Below are positions 37,200-49,706 of a DNA stretch of 57,361 bases, piece after piece. The first letter of the stretch is position 1. Each line of letters opens with the position of its first letter. The notes beneath the pieces are model-generated. The model worked only from the letters and a program-made list of their open reading frames with translations, was not told where the DNA came from and ran no database searches. The position numbers were made by a program, and so were the translations under genes. The stretch lies in the NCBI RefSeq assembly GCF_001949145.1, contig NW_019091355.1, positions 5,281,518 to 5,338,878 on the forward strand. Direction: 5' to 3'. The DNA comes from Acanthaster planci (taxonomy: Eukaryota).

Positions 37200-40100
37200 C
37201 TGAAAAAAAACCAACAAAAACACAGAAAAGAAACACTCTAATGAAATTGAATTCCAGAAAGAAATTGCTGCTGTTTAGTTGAGACTCGGGATGCAACTTC
37301 CATGGTTTGATTACATGTAGTCTTGGCCCAAAGACGTTACTACTCGTACTTGATGTTTATTACTGTACCCGTGCATATATATCCACACAGCAGCACAAAC
37401 AAATATTAGACCAACAGAGGGCGCATTTCACAGGACGATAAACTTCTTATGCTGTCAGTCAATACAAATCTTAAGGAATTGATACTTGGTGGTGAAATAC
37501 AATCCATTACAGAATCAAATGCACTAGGAAATCGATTAACAAAGACGTGTAGGCCAAAACAGCATTTTCTGTGAGGGGAAGAGAGGGCAATGGGAGGGAA
37601 ATACAAGCACCAAGGTCTTGAAAGCAAGACTATGGTTACATGGGCGTGAAGTGACTGTCCTGGTGACTAGGGTTTTCTGTCTGCATTGAGACTACCACAA
37701 GTGAGCCAAGTCAGAAGCCAACATGCAATGCATGCACCAGACATGACTTCTCAAAGGCTTGCATCCTACATGTAGTTGTGATTCAGCGAGGCTCCTCCAA
37801 AGAGTCTTATCGATGGAGGGTTAAAGACAGAGAAGCAAAAGTGCACACTTTTCTCGGCAACTAATCCGAGAAAAAGGTTTAACTTATTTTTAAACAACAC
37901 ACAATAGACAACTGCATGAACTTAGTCTGAAGAATCTGAATATTTCCTGTGTTTCCACAGAGACAAAGATTGGCCACTTCCCAGTTACGGTAACATTCAA
38001 TACTTTGTGTTGTTAAACTATCCAAAATAGACCTACAAGGACTTGCAAAATGGCAAGTCTTGATTTAGCTGTAGACTTCGCTCTTTCGGAAATCAAACCA
38101 ATCACATTTCATGAGCATATCCATCCAAGAAGGCCTGCAGTCCATGGGCTAAAACTGAACGATTTGTCGACTTCAATGGTGTTTTTGTGACAAGCGTGAT
38201 AATGTTTGGTTGACAGTGGATTGTGGGCGGGGGTAAAATAGGGGTGGGGTGGGAACAGGACGGGTGAGACTGCTGAGGACAGCCCTCCAACTCCACTGAT
38301 GACATTGCTCGATCCACTTCTAGACAGAAGCTATCGGAACAAATTATTGCTTGTACTCTGACTATGCTAACAAACGTGGGCGGTATACACGTCAAGCCAC
38401 AACACAGGTGTTCAAAACAAGCTGTCCACAAGTCTAGGTAAACTCAGCATCATAGAATGCATTCAAATCGACTGGCTTACTTGCTGTCAAGGGCAAGACA
38501 TGCCAGTAACAATTTGTTGAATGGTGAGAGTCAACATTCTGGCCTGCAGTGCACTATGGAAAGGCCAATTTTGAGAGATCTGAATAAACATATGAGACGT
38601 GTGTACACATATTGTCAATTAGACACAGCGAGTTTGGCATTTCCGGAAAATTAGGTGGGCACTGCAACAGCCTGATTATTGGCATACATGTAGGTGGTGT
38701 TTAATGGGGGGGGGGAACTTGAGAAATTCCAAGATAACAGGCTCTGTCAGAAGACACAAACCAGAAGGAGACACAGAAGTGAATGCAATTTTACTAAACA
38801 GTATCTTTCAATGGTTTAAAACATAATGCATCTTGTGTATTTTCATCCCTGCTTGTGACTCAATGTGGCCGCTTGCAAGGATTGAAAGAAAACACCCCAC
38901 CCCCCAAACAAACACACCAAAAAAAAAAAAAAGCCTTTAACCCCCCCTAAAACCAAGCCCCATGCTACATGTACAAAGAATTTAAGGATGTTAAAACTGC
39001 TATCAATAATACAGAACCTAGAATGATAAGTTACTCCATCAAAAAACACTGTGATAAACATGTACATATTTACTGAGGAGCACAAACATCCGAACTGGCA
39101 TATCCCTCATTCCTTGCTTCAGGCAGCTCAGCCCTGCCCTGTATCTTACATCCATGGCCCACCTGCACACATCTCTCCCCCACACACCTCTCAGAATAGA
39201 CAGCAATGCCAAACTACCCGCTGGTTTCATGTCACAATTAACTTGAATGGCCTCGAGGCTTTCTCCTATGGCTGTAGACATTACCTGAGAGACTCAAGGG
39301 CCCTGGAGCTTAAGCGCTCTTTTTCTTCTCCCTCTCTGTTTCTAGTCCTCTCCTGCATCCAAAATGTCACCAAAACATCTCAAAAGATTCCCAGTTTCTT
39401 AATGGCTTCTCATGCGTATACATGTACGCTTGGCAATGTCTACTTGGTTTGCAATAACATCATTTAAATACGAAATTAAGAAAAAGAAAATCAAAAATCA
39501 AAAACAAGAAAGAACACACCCGCAAAAACCGTCAGTGTTGGAACTTTGCAGGTGGAAAAGAGATTGGCACTGTTTCTTCAAACCTGCGAGTTGCGTATCT
39601 AGGGAAAATTTGAACATGTCATTAATAGATGAAATCACTATCCAAAATTCTAACGTAGGCCTACAGGCATATTCAGTGCCACTTGCATTCAAAGCGCTCT
39701 AATCACATATACACATAAATTAATGAGTTGCATTCTTCAGGATTGCAAGTGCTCGAAATACTGGTATTCTAGTTTTATCCACAAAAAACCATTCACTCTA
39801 GCTCTGGGGCATCAACTGAATGCTACTGGAGCTGATTGATGGGTGCCTGCATGAATATGCTACGGATTTGTGCAAAATTACACGTGCTCTCTTCAAGGCA
39901 CGCGAACAAAAACATATGCACACCGCATGTTGCTCAAAGGCAGATTGTTGCATGAAAAAAGAACCCCCTCTTTGATCACACATGGAACCCACAGAGTCAA
40001 CTGGACATAAAAATTCTGTGAGCCTGAATCCCCCAAAACAAACAAGGCCTTGCCAGAATGAAGAACCGATGGGCAGAATAACTGAAGGCAGTACAAAGAG

Positions 40101-42950
40101 GAAAAAAATGAGAGCCTCCATCGGCAAAGGGTATAAGAAGAGGCTCCTCTGTGGGTCTGAAGCAGCTCCCAAGATGAAACAGGGCTCCTGGGAGAATATT
40201 TTTCTCTATCGGGAAGTGATCTCTCCATCTCATTCTTGCCCACTGCGCCCCGACCCTTGGAGAAGGCACAGAGCCCAAGGCATGTCAAATGACTCATATG
40301 CCCCATGATTCATCCATTCTTGAATCTCCAAGATGCCGGCTTTCTCAATAAGACAGAATCCTACGGTAGTTTATTTCAGACTGCGGGAGGGCCTTTTTTG
40401 GCCCATTTTGTTAAAATGAGGGGCAGCAACAGAAAAGATTATACAGCTCCCCAGGGTAAAATAAAAAAAAAGACAATTATCTTCATGTAGCAGGTACACA
40501 GGATTCCTGACCAAACAAACTAAATCCCCAACCAATTGCTTTTTGATCAACCTTTTGAAGAAATGAAGTCCGAGGACTGCTTGAAGCCCTGTCAGACAGC
40601 AAACATGCGATTTACAAAACAAGAAGAAAAACCTGTAGAGATGAACGATGATGATTACGGCGGATGAATATTATTCATGGCTGGAAAGTCCTTGATGGAT
40701 CTATGAAAGGGAGGATTAACAATAAACTGTACATGTTGGAAATGAGGAGTGGTCGTAGAGACGGAAGATGGGAAAAGTGCTGCACCAACCAGCAAAACTT
40801 GGGTTCCATTTTATGGCCCTGCCGAGCAAAAAACACTGCTCAGCATAGTCTTAGCCTAAGCAAAAAAAAATCAGCCGACAATCAGCCTCAGGTAAGATAC
40901 CTTGCATGGCAATCTGGCCGGTGACCAGTGTCTGCAAAGAACATTTTTTTTGTGCTCAGACAATTTTTATGGTCAAGAGTGAAAGCCGATTTTAATATGC
41001 AAAGGATCTTAATAATGGTTGCTCAGGGTTCAAATGCCATGGGTCAGCTTGCCGTAACAGAAAAATCTTTGCTAAATAAAGAAAGAAGGCTGGTGAAAAT
41101 TTGCGAGTGCATTTCTTTGGTTATCAAGAAAAATGTGTTCCCTTATATTGTACATGCCGCTGAGGCTTCAGTCGAAGCAGGGAGTGTGTAATTTTTTTGG
41201 GCTTAACACTGTGGGGCCTAAACAGATCAGTGGTTGATAAGCTTCAATTTGTAACTGCTTGTTGTTGGCATGGATATGAAATTTGGTCCAGTTCTTTTTA
41301 CTATATAGTTCTACAGGCGTGAGCGTGCAATCACAGAGTATGCCAATATGCAAATTTTGGAACTAGAAAATTTACAGGATCTATCAGAAATGTGACAGAG
41401 TCTGAGGAATCATGGCAGATGCAGCCCAAATGGAAAAGCTACTGTGCACAACCATTTTGGCATCCTGTGTATTTATGGTGCTATATCGCTTAATTTACGA
41501 TTTGTAAAGATCTGGTCTAATACATGTAGGCTACAATGACATTTAGTCAAATCTTTTTTTTTTTGGGTTTTAATTAGAGGGAGAGCAGGGACTTGGGACT
41601 GTTTTCTCACAGACCACTACAATAAACTTTTCATGAGGGGGAGGGGGACAAATGTGAGGGGACGGGGAAGATTTGAAGGTTCAGGTTACACATGTTATCC
41701 ACAACTCTATGTATGAAACTGCAATAGGACCAGCAGGCCCTATTAATCTTGTGAAGTCCATACTTGACGCATATCAACTTTGCTTGTCTTCACACTCTGT
41801 GACGACCTGTAAAATCAGCACAGCAGGCAGCTCAGCCAGCTGAATATATTTTCCCCCTGCAAGTACCAGTACGTGTTTACTTTATGCACACACATACTAC
41901 ATCAAATCTGATGCTCGCTATTTCAACAGATATATACACGTCAAATTTGACAGAGGCAATTCTGACGCTGGAATATCAGCGAGGCACTGGACCGTGTCAA
42001 AGTACAGGCTGATGGAGATGGAATGTGTAAATCTCCTGAAAGTATTGCCTGGCGTTGCAGAGATGACAAGATGCGATATTACCACAGGGAAAATCCATAT
42101 CTTCTATACCTCTGTTGACAGAGCCTTTGAATTTCCCAAGTTTTCAATTTTTAATTTCTTTTCAAAAGAAAAAATTAGGTCGCTGTATGATCGCCATCAT
42201 GAGACTACATGTGCTTCAGTATTCTTCAGCATTACCTGGGGCAGTTGTTATCATGAGCTGGCTTATTTTAAACACTTCTGGCTTTGCTATTATACTCTCC
42301 AGCTTAAATATCCATTTCTTGGTTAAAATTATAATCAACCACGTTTCATCTTAACCGTGTCCGTTATGTCTTCATAGGAACAACCATTTTTGATATGTGC
42401 TAACTGAGACTTAACTGACAAGTAGCATGGTCAAATCATGTGACTGCATATGATGCTCCCTGTTTTAACCAAAAAAAAAATGACATTTGAACTGATATTA
42501 CCCCTATGTGTGTGTGTGTTGTGATCTTGGGCTTGGAACAGTCTCATAGTTTGGGCATAAGTGACGTCTTAGCTGTGCGTGTTTGATCCAAGGTGCATAT
42601 GGGTGATTCACAATACAGCGCGCCACCTACAGGTAGAGTTTGTCCCAGACAGGCCATGATTAAGAGTACTTCATACCTAATGTGGGGACATTTGACTGAG
42701 TGAGGCATTCCTTGCACCACACAGAACCATCATTCTGACAAGCTAACACCCATTTGCAATAAGCCATTTCAAATTTTCAACCAAGATAAATAGACATTTG
42801 GAAAAATTGAAGTTTTCCTCAAACAGACAATTTATCCCATAATGCACTGCAAAAAGCCTCCCCATGACAACCTCTTGGTGGCACACTGCATTGTGAATCG
42901 CTCATATTGCATGTACCAAATTCCACTGGACCTGTTGTGGCTATTGCTTA

Positions 42951-43365
42951 TATGTGACCTGTCACCACAAAATGAGCTGAACGTTGGAATTTTACAAAAC
43001 TGATATATTGGTGTTTTTTTAGTTCAGCAGAAAAAGAGCTCTCCAATGGCATGTACATGGAACACTTTGGGTAGAAGTATCAGGGGACAATGTGACATTA
43101 TTCTGGCAGCTTTGCGTCTTTGTTCCCGACATTGTTTCAACAATTCAGGCCAGGCATGCATACTGCTATTGTCAAAACTGCTGTGAAAATGACATTTTTA
43201 ACTCTTTGTTCTCACAAAATAATTGGAATTAAATAGGAGACAGGTTAGTCTTTCCAAATATTACAAAATTCCCAAATTAACCTCCACTTTAATATGATTT
43301 TGAACCTTCAAAATAGGAAAGAGCGGATGCGAGTTTACGCTCATTTTGTCGTGACGGGTCACATA
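42951..43365. mobile_element. TA-flanked MITE (about 410 bp)
   Basis: TIRs ATATGTGACCTGTCACCACAAAATGAGC and GCTCATTTTGTCGTGACGGGTCACATAT (2 mismatches in 28). Confidence 0.75.
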
Positions 43366-44959
43366 TGTATGTGGCTCCTGAAAGTATTCTATAGCTGCCC
43401 CCCCAAACCACACACATGCACACAAACCACTTTTTTGGGGGGGGGGGGCTAATCTCTTTCTGGTAAGCAATTTCTTTTTTCCCTACTTAGCAAATTTCTG
43501 AATTAGGCCATGCCTCAAATATGCTGGCTGGTTACAATCAACAGCAATATGCTTGTACTACTGAACGTATTCCAAGTACTGTACACCGTCTTCCACAGCC
43601 TGCACAAGACCACTTCTCAAGCAACGTTCCAAATTAAACAGTGTTGAACATTCTGGACATCATAAACACCCACTTTGATCTTCAACTTCATCTACAGAGC
43701 TGGGTTACACAAGGACAGATGCTGTGCTGATAAAAAAAAGGGAAAAAAAAAAAGAACAAGTAATTCTTCCCATCGGCACCAAAAAATATCGATCAGGTGA
43801 AAATGGATGAGAGTGACTACTTTCGGCATCAATATGGGGTATGGATTCGCATTACACGGCATCCATGATAATTGGAGTTTAACTCAATTTATTCCCTCGA
43901 GGCTATGCTTTGATTTGCTTTCATCGATTCAATGTTTATTCTAATTGCAGCAATTAAAAGAGCTTCCCTCATGGGCCGTGGGGGGCAGCCAAGAAGATCA
44001 GACTCAATATAATCAAAATGCAATTTCAGCTGGCATGGTCATTACAATTCAAATGATAACATCAGGGAGTAAAGTAGTAGAATGTAATTAATATCTGAAT
44101 GCTTTCCTGAAGAGACAAGGGTGTAGCTTGAGGAAAATATTGGAAAACTTAATTGGAAATGCTTTGAAGAAATGGGCTAGAATTTGGGTTACTCTTTGGG
44201 GACACAAATACCACCCCTGCATCTTTCATATACATGTACAATTTTTAGATTTGTTGATTTTGTATTTCATTAAGAGCAATAATAACCCATAATCCATGGA
44301 GCGGCCCAAGATGCCCCTCAGTAATGTCTGGCACACATTCCCACACACACTTTCAAATTCCATTTCCAAGCTGGCACCCACGTTTTACAAACTTTCTGAA
44401 ATGACATTTCAAGTTCCAAAGGTTGGGGAAGAACTGAAGTACAAAACATCTACAAAAAGTTCTACCAAGGTACCTTCCACAAAATGTGAGAAAGTGGAAT
44501 ACAGATGCATGCTTTTCCTCCTCTCTTCCTACATGTATAACTCTCGAACACACAAAAGCCGATACACACGTAGTATGTATATATGTTAGCTTCAGTCACC
44601 CACGCTGCATGCGATTCTGGCGCAAACACATCGGCCTCTCTCCCCCAGGCCGGTCTCATCTTTTATTCCATGTGCATTAAAGCAGATCCCTGCTGAGGGT
44701 CCTCAGATTCTAAACCGACCACTTGAAGATGTCCGCTGCGTGCAACGCCCGTGGTGATCTGCATACATCGTCCAACCCCCCCAACAGTCCCCAGATGCGG
44801 ACGAGGAGAAAATAAACAATCAGCCGTCTCCCCATCTTGTCTCAGTCCCTCTGCGATGTTCTGTAACTACAGAGATTCTTAACTTGAAGATTTCTTAACA
44901 AGAAAGCATCAAGGTGTTGTTCTTTATCAGTGTTTGTCAGTCTGATTGACAGAGATCAG

Positions 44960-45325
44960 GGCAAGCAGCAGCAATGCAGGAACGATCACGGCAGCGGAAA
45001 CCTAGAAAAGAACATAAAAGGTGTACAGCGAAGCAATACAGGGCACTACAAGTGCAGAAAAGAACACAGTTGAGCGGAAAAGACAAAGAAGCAGAGAGCA
45101 CAGTCGGCCATGATGTAGCACAAAGCATCTAGCTCAGAACAAAGTCAAGCAGACATAAGCAGTTCCAAGAGAACAGAATAAAACAGAGCAGAGCAGCAAA
45201 GAGCTGGGTAGAGTAGGGGTGAATGGACTGACCAAAACTGAATAGAATGGAGCAAGGCAGAGCTGACGAGAGAGAACAGAGCAGAGAGACCTGAGCGCAA
45301 AAGAGAAGACCAGTTAAAGGCAGAG
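44960..45325 (+). repeat. Degenerate purine-rich simple repeat (AGAGC/AGAAC-like units)
   Basis: Runs such as acagagcagagcagcaaagagc and agagaacagagcagagagac. Confidence 0.55.
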
Positions 45326-46103
45326 TCAATTTAAACAACAATATTTGAATATTTGACCTTCCATTTTCCCATGAAAGCAGAAACAAAATTCATTTCTACA
45401 AAACGTGAAACAAAGAGAAAAATTTGATGGAAAAGTAATTTTTAGAGACACACATTCAGCTGCCCACTTCAGCGCACACCTTGAAATATGCTCTTAGAAT
45501 GTACTGCAATTTTGAGACCAAATCATTGATTTTTCCCATTTTTATGAAACAGACACTGACCTCAAAACATTCAATATAGAAAATTAATATTTGAACACTT
45601 ACAAATATTAATAAAGTTTGGGAGAAGACAGCAAGCACAAGAGAGAGCAGAGAAGTAATATCTACAGCAAAGTACGGCAATGCCACAATGAAAAGTACAG
45701 TGGGGAGATAAGAAGATACCAGGGCTTTGCCATCCTTGGTGCTGACTTAATGTCAAGGGTTGGGAGACCTCCTCAAGATGAAATGCCCTGCGTGTATATG
45801 TATTGATTCTCTGTGCCATTAGCAACCCATTAGAAATGCCATCCAAAGTGCAGACAACTTTGGGCAGAAAATACAGCACACTGTTAAAGTCACTTTGAGG
45901 AAACTGTCAGAAAAAGACTGCAGAAATTGCTGTCATCAATTCATGAATTCTTTAAAAGGCAAGGTAAACAAAAAAAAGAGGGTTTGTGCTAGTTCTACTT
46001 TGAAAACCATGGAGTGCAAAATGAAAGAGGGATGCTTGAGATTAGCGACATGCCATCCATTTTTGAAAGTGTAATATCTTTCAGTAGTCGGTGATGCTTT
46101 CCT

Positions 46104-46238
46104 TCCCATGTTTGATCAGTTGATAAAGCACCAGTATGGTGTTCCAGAGGTCGCAGGTTCAAACCCTCTCACCAGTCAAAATCTTTGTTCATCTTTACAG
46201 TTATATGCAAGCACCTGGTCAGTTTCCCTCGTTTATTT
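46104..46238 (+). mobile_element. Degraded tRNA-derived SINE (family 3)
   Basis: Degenerate A box tgatcagttgata, B box GGTTCAAACCC (46156-46166); tail tgttcatcttta...aagcacctggtcagtttccct recurs at about 50537-50601. Confidence 0.55.
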
Positions 46239-48679
46239 GATAAAATACTTGCGCAACTTCACGGTCACTACGATTCTAAGAGTCTTTCTGCCAAGGATCT
46301 CATCTTTTGCCTGTCTGATTTCTAGTTTGAAGTTGTAGGGTGATACTTGTAAAAATTCTTTTTCAACCAGGGATTGCATTCAAGGCTCTATGCAGTTTAC
46401 AGTCAGTCCAAAAGTGGACACTTGACACGTTTCACAGACTCTCAGCACACATACATGTACATGAAGGAACTTCCAACAAACTTGGAACTGAGCTTGAAAT
46501 CTCGCATCAACAAGTCTCCCTTTAAGGCTCAGCAGTTAAATTTGACAGAGTTAATAAAACAGTCAGGCTCTCCGCTTACGAGCACTCACTCCAAATTACA
46601 TTTGTGGGGAAAATGATGTTTCCACACAGACACATTATCTGACAGAAGGTTGTTGACGGCATAACATTCAGACTTTAATAGAAAAAAAAGGAGACCAAAA
46701 TTTATTGACTGCAAAAAATGATGTCTTCGTCCAGAACTCATAACCACGAGCTGAACACAAGCACTGATTTAACCCCCTCCTTTGAGTGGGCGGCTGTACA
46801 TATGTATGTAGAATATTCCCATTATCCCAGTGGGAAACTTGTATCTAGGCAACTTGTCAGACAAGGGAATGGCATGACAACCTGGGATGGAATGCCTTGA
46901 GACATCCCTCCCCCCCTCATAGTCCCTGATCAATTTTTATGGTCTCTGATTTTTCTGTTTGTCCATAATTACGAATCGCTGGGCTAGTGTGGGCTGACTC
47001 TAATACGGTCAGGATGCACATAGGGGCATTACAGCAGCACATGCATGTACACGCAGATATAGGGGGGGCCTTCTGTGGGTAATTTTAGGCCTGATTCGGT
47101 GGATCACCTGCAAAATCTGCTAGGCAAGACAGGGAGAAATTCCCCTTGTTTGTAATGGACACTCATTACAGGTGGCACTACATGAAATTCTATCAAGGCT
47201 TTGCACCCCTTCATTAATTTGGGATCAATGCCAATTCTGTGCAGAAGACTTCATAACTGTGTTCAACACTGAACTGCCCAAGGGAAACAAAACAGGAAAT
47301 CACTAATATGAGGGAATGCAGACATTCTATTGTTATCTTTAATTGCATGTAATTATTTCCGGCCTAAAATTAAACGCAAAGTTGAGCAAAAAAGCCCCTC
47401 AAACAAACCTAAATAAAAAAGAAAGAAAGAAAAAAACAAAAACAAAAACTGCTGCATCTCGTATGTGTCTGTACAAACCTCTCTCATCTCGCAAGTGTCT
47501 CTACAAACCTCTCTAAAGTCTGTTCCTCCCTGGAATTGCCTGAGCTTTGAACTCGTGCTAACTCAAGCCGGAGTTGGCCCATCTCTCGACAGCCTCTGCG
47601 GCTGCTGCCCAGAGTTGACTTCCGGGAACTATGATCAGCAACTGCCGAGAGCTCATTTCATTACAAAGTAAAGTGGAGCCACAACCCTGATTTAAGTGGT
47701 TTTCCGATTCACGCAGGCAGCATTTTTATCCTTCTGTAGAAACTGATTTTGGTCAAATCAAATCTCTGATGGATACACCAGGTTTTAGCACAAGAGAAAC
47801 CAGCAAGTGTCTGCACTTTTTTTTTTACCATGTGAGGCACTGAACCTCACAAATTGTACTCCTGAGATTATGCATGTCATGGCGTACTGTGTCTCTTGAG
47901 GTGTCCCTTAACCTCACACTGCACATTACATGTAAGTGCACCTGTAGTGCTTGGCACACAACTGATTTCTGAGAGTAAAAAATAAAATCCAAATGTCTTG
48001 ATCTGATGTGTAACCAGCTGAAGATTCAAGCATTTGATGCCAATGTATCTCAAGTGGCTGGGTAAGGTGTTCAAATGTTGCAGAAGATCCCAAATGTGTT
48101 AGCTCTTCCACTCTTCCGAATGACGTTCACATGGCTGAAACCTGGCATAAAATCGATATTAATCAACCATTCCCATTAGATGTTCCTCCACGTGCTCATA
48201 AAATAAGTGCACATACTGTGCACTGTTTATACTTGAATTTATGTACCTGTATGTAACCACTCACAAATTGTCACTGCTCCTTGCAACTCAGAATGCCCGA
48301 AATCTTATCCTCTTAAAAGGCAACAAAAATGGAGATTGGGAAATCTTTCCCTCGCCTATTTCCCTAAAAAAATTCTTGTATTTGAACATTTTGGCAAATG
48401 TTGAAGTGTAGCTGCAATAAGTCTTCTCAGATTCGATTTTTCTGGATCTTTTTACTCTTTTTCAACGTATGAAAACTCTTTTACATTCCAACATGGTTAA
48501 ATGCATTGAAAGTGCACTTTTTTAAACACTCAATGGGTAGGCTGCAATCAATCTGTTCTAATACAAACCTTGGTGTCTCAGTTAATCTTATTTTCAACTT
48601 TTGTTTCATTAGTTCAACAGGTATTTTATTGCCTTTTTATTTTTATTCTAACAAGTATTTTGAGCAAAAATGTGATATC

Positions 48680-48834
48680 ACTCAATATTATGCAGACTCC
48701 ATAAAGACTAATGAAAGCCATGTTTGATTCAATATTTCGTTCTTTATTCAGAACATCTTCAGGAAGATAAAGAACGAAATATTGAATCAAACATGGCTTT
48801 CATTAGTCTTTATGGAGTCTGCATAATATTGAGT
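48680..48834. repeat. Perfect palindrome: 68-bp arms, 19-nt spacer
   Basis: 48680-48747 is the exact reverse complement of 48767-48834. Confidence 0.95.
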
Positions 48835-49097
48835 TATCTGAATATTATGAGTGGATCACCTACTGGTTTTTATGTGATATCACTTCAGGAAGAAAGCCGA
48901 AATGTTACATTGATTTGTATAGAGCAAAGTCCTGCATTTTTGTAGATGCTGCTGGACTAATTTTGTTTTGGCTGATTCACTGTTGTTTATGTGCACAGCA
49001 ATAAGCAAGCATCAACACCTTTCTCAGGAAAGTTTTCAATAAAAAGTTGCTGGGTTCCTAATTTTAACAGAAAAACCTGTGCACTGAACTAGAAGTG

Positions 49098-49234
49098 TTT
49101 TCAAATGAGTGGATTCGGCTTAGACTTTGGTTTCGCTGGTTCCAGCCATTTGAAGCAGTGTACGAAACCACATGTTCAAGCTCTGACTGGAACCAGAGAA
49201 ACTGAAGTCTATGCCAAATCCACTCGTTTCAAAA
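49098..49234. repeat. Imperfect hairpin, about 51-bp arms
   Basis: ttttcaaatgagtggattcggcttagactttggtttcgctggttccagcca pairs with tgactggaaccagagaaactgaagtctatgccaaatccactcgtttcaaaa. Confidence 0.85.
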
Positions 49235-49509
49235 ATGCCTTAAGTCTTCAATATGACATCATGGCAACAGAGCCCTCAGTTGTCCAGGAAAGCATGGATA
49301 ATTTTAAGTGTTTAAAAAAGTGCTCTTTTCAGTACATTTAACCAAAGACAAGTGTAAAAGAGAGTTTTCATACATTGAAAAAGAGTAAAAAGTTGCAGAA
49401 AAGATGTGTCCAAAAAAATTTCACTACAGCTACACTTTCAAATTATCCGTGCTCTCCTAGACAACTGAGGGTGCCGTTGCTGTAATGTCATCCAGGGAAG
49501 ACGTACATG

Positions 49510-49706
49510 TACACTATTCAAAAACAGTTAAGGACCACTTTTTTCTTAACTTGTAGTTTTTTCCCAGCGATGAGTGGGATCTACATGTAGGTCTTTTTAC
49601 TTTTGTTTCAAAACATCAAATGCACATTTTCAGCGCTGTAAAATATCTCGAATAAAAAAGTATACACAAAATAAAAAGAGGTCCTTAACTTTTTGTGAGT
49701 AGTGTA
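49510..49706. mobile_element. Tc1/mariner-type MITE (193 bp plus TA duplication)
   Basis: TA-CACTATTCAAAAACAGTTAAGGACCACTTTTT and AAAAAGAGGTCCTTAACTTTTTGTGAGTAGTG-TA; about 32-bp TIR with 4 mismatches. Confidence 0.75.

Larger units (their letters stand above)
48401..49442. repeat. Long imperfect inverted repeat (arms about 48401-48530 and 49307-49442), probable foldback/MITE
   Basis: ctttttactctttttcaacgtatgaaaactct...ggttaaatg..ctttttta aacact mirrored by agtgtttaaaaaag...catttaacc...agagttttcatacattgaaaaagagtaaaaag. Confidence 0.75.
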
